From the NCBI RefSeq assembly GCF_035594765.1, contig NC_085845.1, forward strand, positions 127,426,897 through 127,490,896: a stretch of DNA of 64,000 bases. Direction: 5' to 3'. The stretch is from Anolis carolinensis. Taxonomy: Eukaryota. Under the pieces are notes generated by a model, which saw only the letters and a list, made by a program, of their open reading frames with translations, did no database searches and was not told the origin of the DNA. Numbering within the stretch: the stretch's first letter is position 1; every line of letters begins with the position of its first letter. Shown in pieces: positions 62,551 through 64,000 of this stretch. Position numbers and translations under genes: made by a program.

Positions 62551-64000
62551 AGGCTTTCAGTAAATATGGAAGTTAGAGGGCAATTCACTCACCAGTCCTC
62601 CAATTCACTGGGGTCGGAAGCACAATGCCCTTGTGAAAATGGAAAAGTGCAAATAAAACCCCAATTTTTTTTTAGCTGAGAGAACATCTATCTAGAAATT
62701 TCTAGACCCTCCAGTATGATGTACTGGAACTTCACTATAGAATTACATTGGAGGATCTAGAAATTATTCACAGATAATCCAATTTGCAAAAGTTCAGTCC
62801 ACAAGTTTGCACAGTTTTTTACTGTATTTATTTGGAAACGTTTGAGCTCAGAAGTATGCAGACATTTAAGCATAATAATAAAAATAGTTTTATAGAGTAC
62901 AGTTGAAAAGAAAGTGTGCTATGTGTTCATACATTTCTCCATATGTGTGCACATCCATCTATGCACATGATCCACATATGGCAACATTTGTCTACTGATT
63001 AAAATGACATTACCTTGTAAGGGAGATCACAAGGGGAAGCACCCATCAGTGCTGACTTCATTTGTCTTATTTATAGTGGCAAATGAAATAAACTTCTTAT
63101 GAATATGGAAAAAAATCACTGTTAACTTAATCAGTGTGTCAGGCTTTTCAGTATGAAACCAATTTAGACACTGTAAGCAAAGTAAATTATTCTAATTTAA
63201 TCCAATCACTGCCAAGAATTATGTGCTCCCCATGCTCTTCAACTTGTTTAGAGAGAATTTAACAGAGTAGGAGCTTCAAGCTAGAGAGTTACCAATCTCA
63301 TCCAGTTTCTTTCATTTTGAAAAGAGAGATTCTGAATAAGTCTGAACAGCCATTCATAAATTGCTTTGGGAAGGAAAAAAAAGTCTATTTTGAAAAACAG
63401 CCAAAATTTGGTATACTCTGATGAGTTCAAACTTCACATTGGCATTACTCCTTCCTACTATAATCACCGATTTCAAAACTTAATTTTTAATGTGAAGACT
63501 AAAGGAATGGGAAGAAAGGATAATTATTTACAAAAAAGTTGATGTTTAATGTTTGCCTGCCATCTGAACTGTGTATAGTTATACATAGGAAGAGCTAAAT
63601 CACATATCAGTAGAGTAAAGATCAACACAAATCTAGCAGACTTTGAAGTTAGAAAAGAAAAAGACTGCCGTATGTTGGTTTCAAGTGTTCTAGACAGCTG
63701 TACAGAGATGTCAGAAAGGGCCAAGGGCGGAAAGCTAAGATTAGAGCTAAAAGAGAATTTTTGTTATTTTTTTAATGCATTTATCTACTTTACGATCTAT
63801 GGGACTATTAACAAAAGTGCATCATCAGAATGGCTATGTAGACTTTTTTCTCTTGGAATAATGAACAAATATATATGCACTGCAAAATGTGCACAAATGT
63901 ATTTTTGTGTGTAGGGGTACTGCAAAGGCAAATGTCTTTCCAGGTATGAACATGAATAATAAAGGTATGCACCAAGATGCGCAAATATTTGCATTTAGGA

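Noticed and set aside
1-64000. Most of the 60-140 aa ORFs in the track as host genes
   Set aside because: They are antisense or alternative frames of TEs, microsatellite translations (poly-I, Y, D, M) or chance ORFs, with no domain, codon or splice support.

Overview
Eukaryotic, AT-rich, non-coding DNA from a squamate reptile, most likely Anolis, judged from its repeat repertoire (Sauria SINEs, RTE/L2/CR1/RTE-X LINEs, Penelope, SPIN-type and composite hAT elements). I find no convincing host protein-coding exon. The window reads as an intron or gene desert, heavily colonised by transposable elements and separated by unique stretches that could be conserved enhancers. All recognisable long ORFs come from retroelements. 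Best lead: two divergent solo LTRs (31672-32819 on the minus strand, 55600-56946 on the plus strand, each with a perfect 5-bp TSD) both carry, from their first bases, a homologous ORF of about 135-142 aa with a basic N-terminus and an acidic body. The homology is obvious in protein, with mostly conservative changes. One copy has an acidic FxGF motif resembling LEDGF/TND-binding motifs. Other notable items: a decayed Ngaro tyrosine-recombinase retrotransposon with an SGNH-hydrolase ORF, a 37-nt U2 snRNA 5' pseudogene, an RTE copy with a twin-priming-type inversion, a perfect 71-bp palindrome, and a dense TGACA/TGTCA cluster. Family names were assigned by recognition, not by database search. Boundaries without TSDs are approximate.
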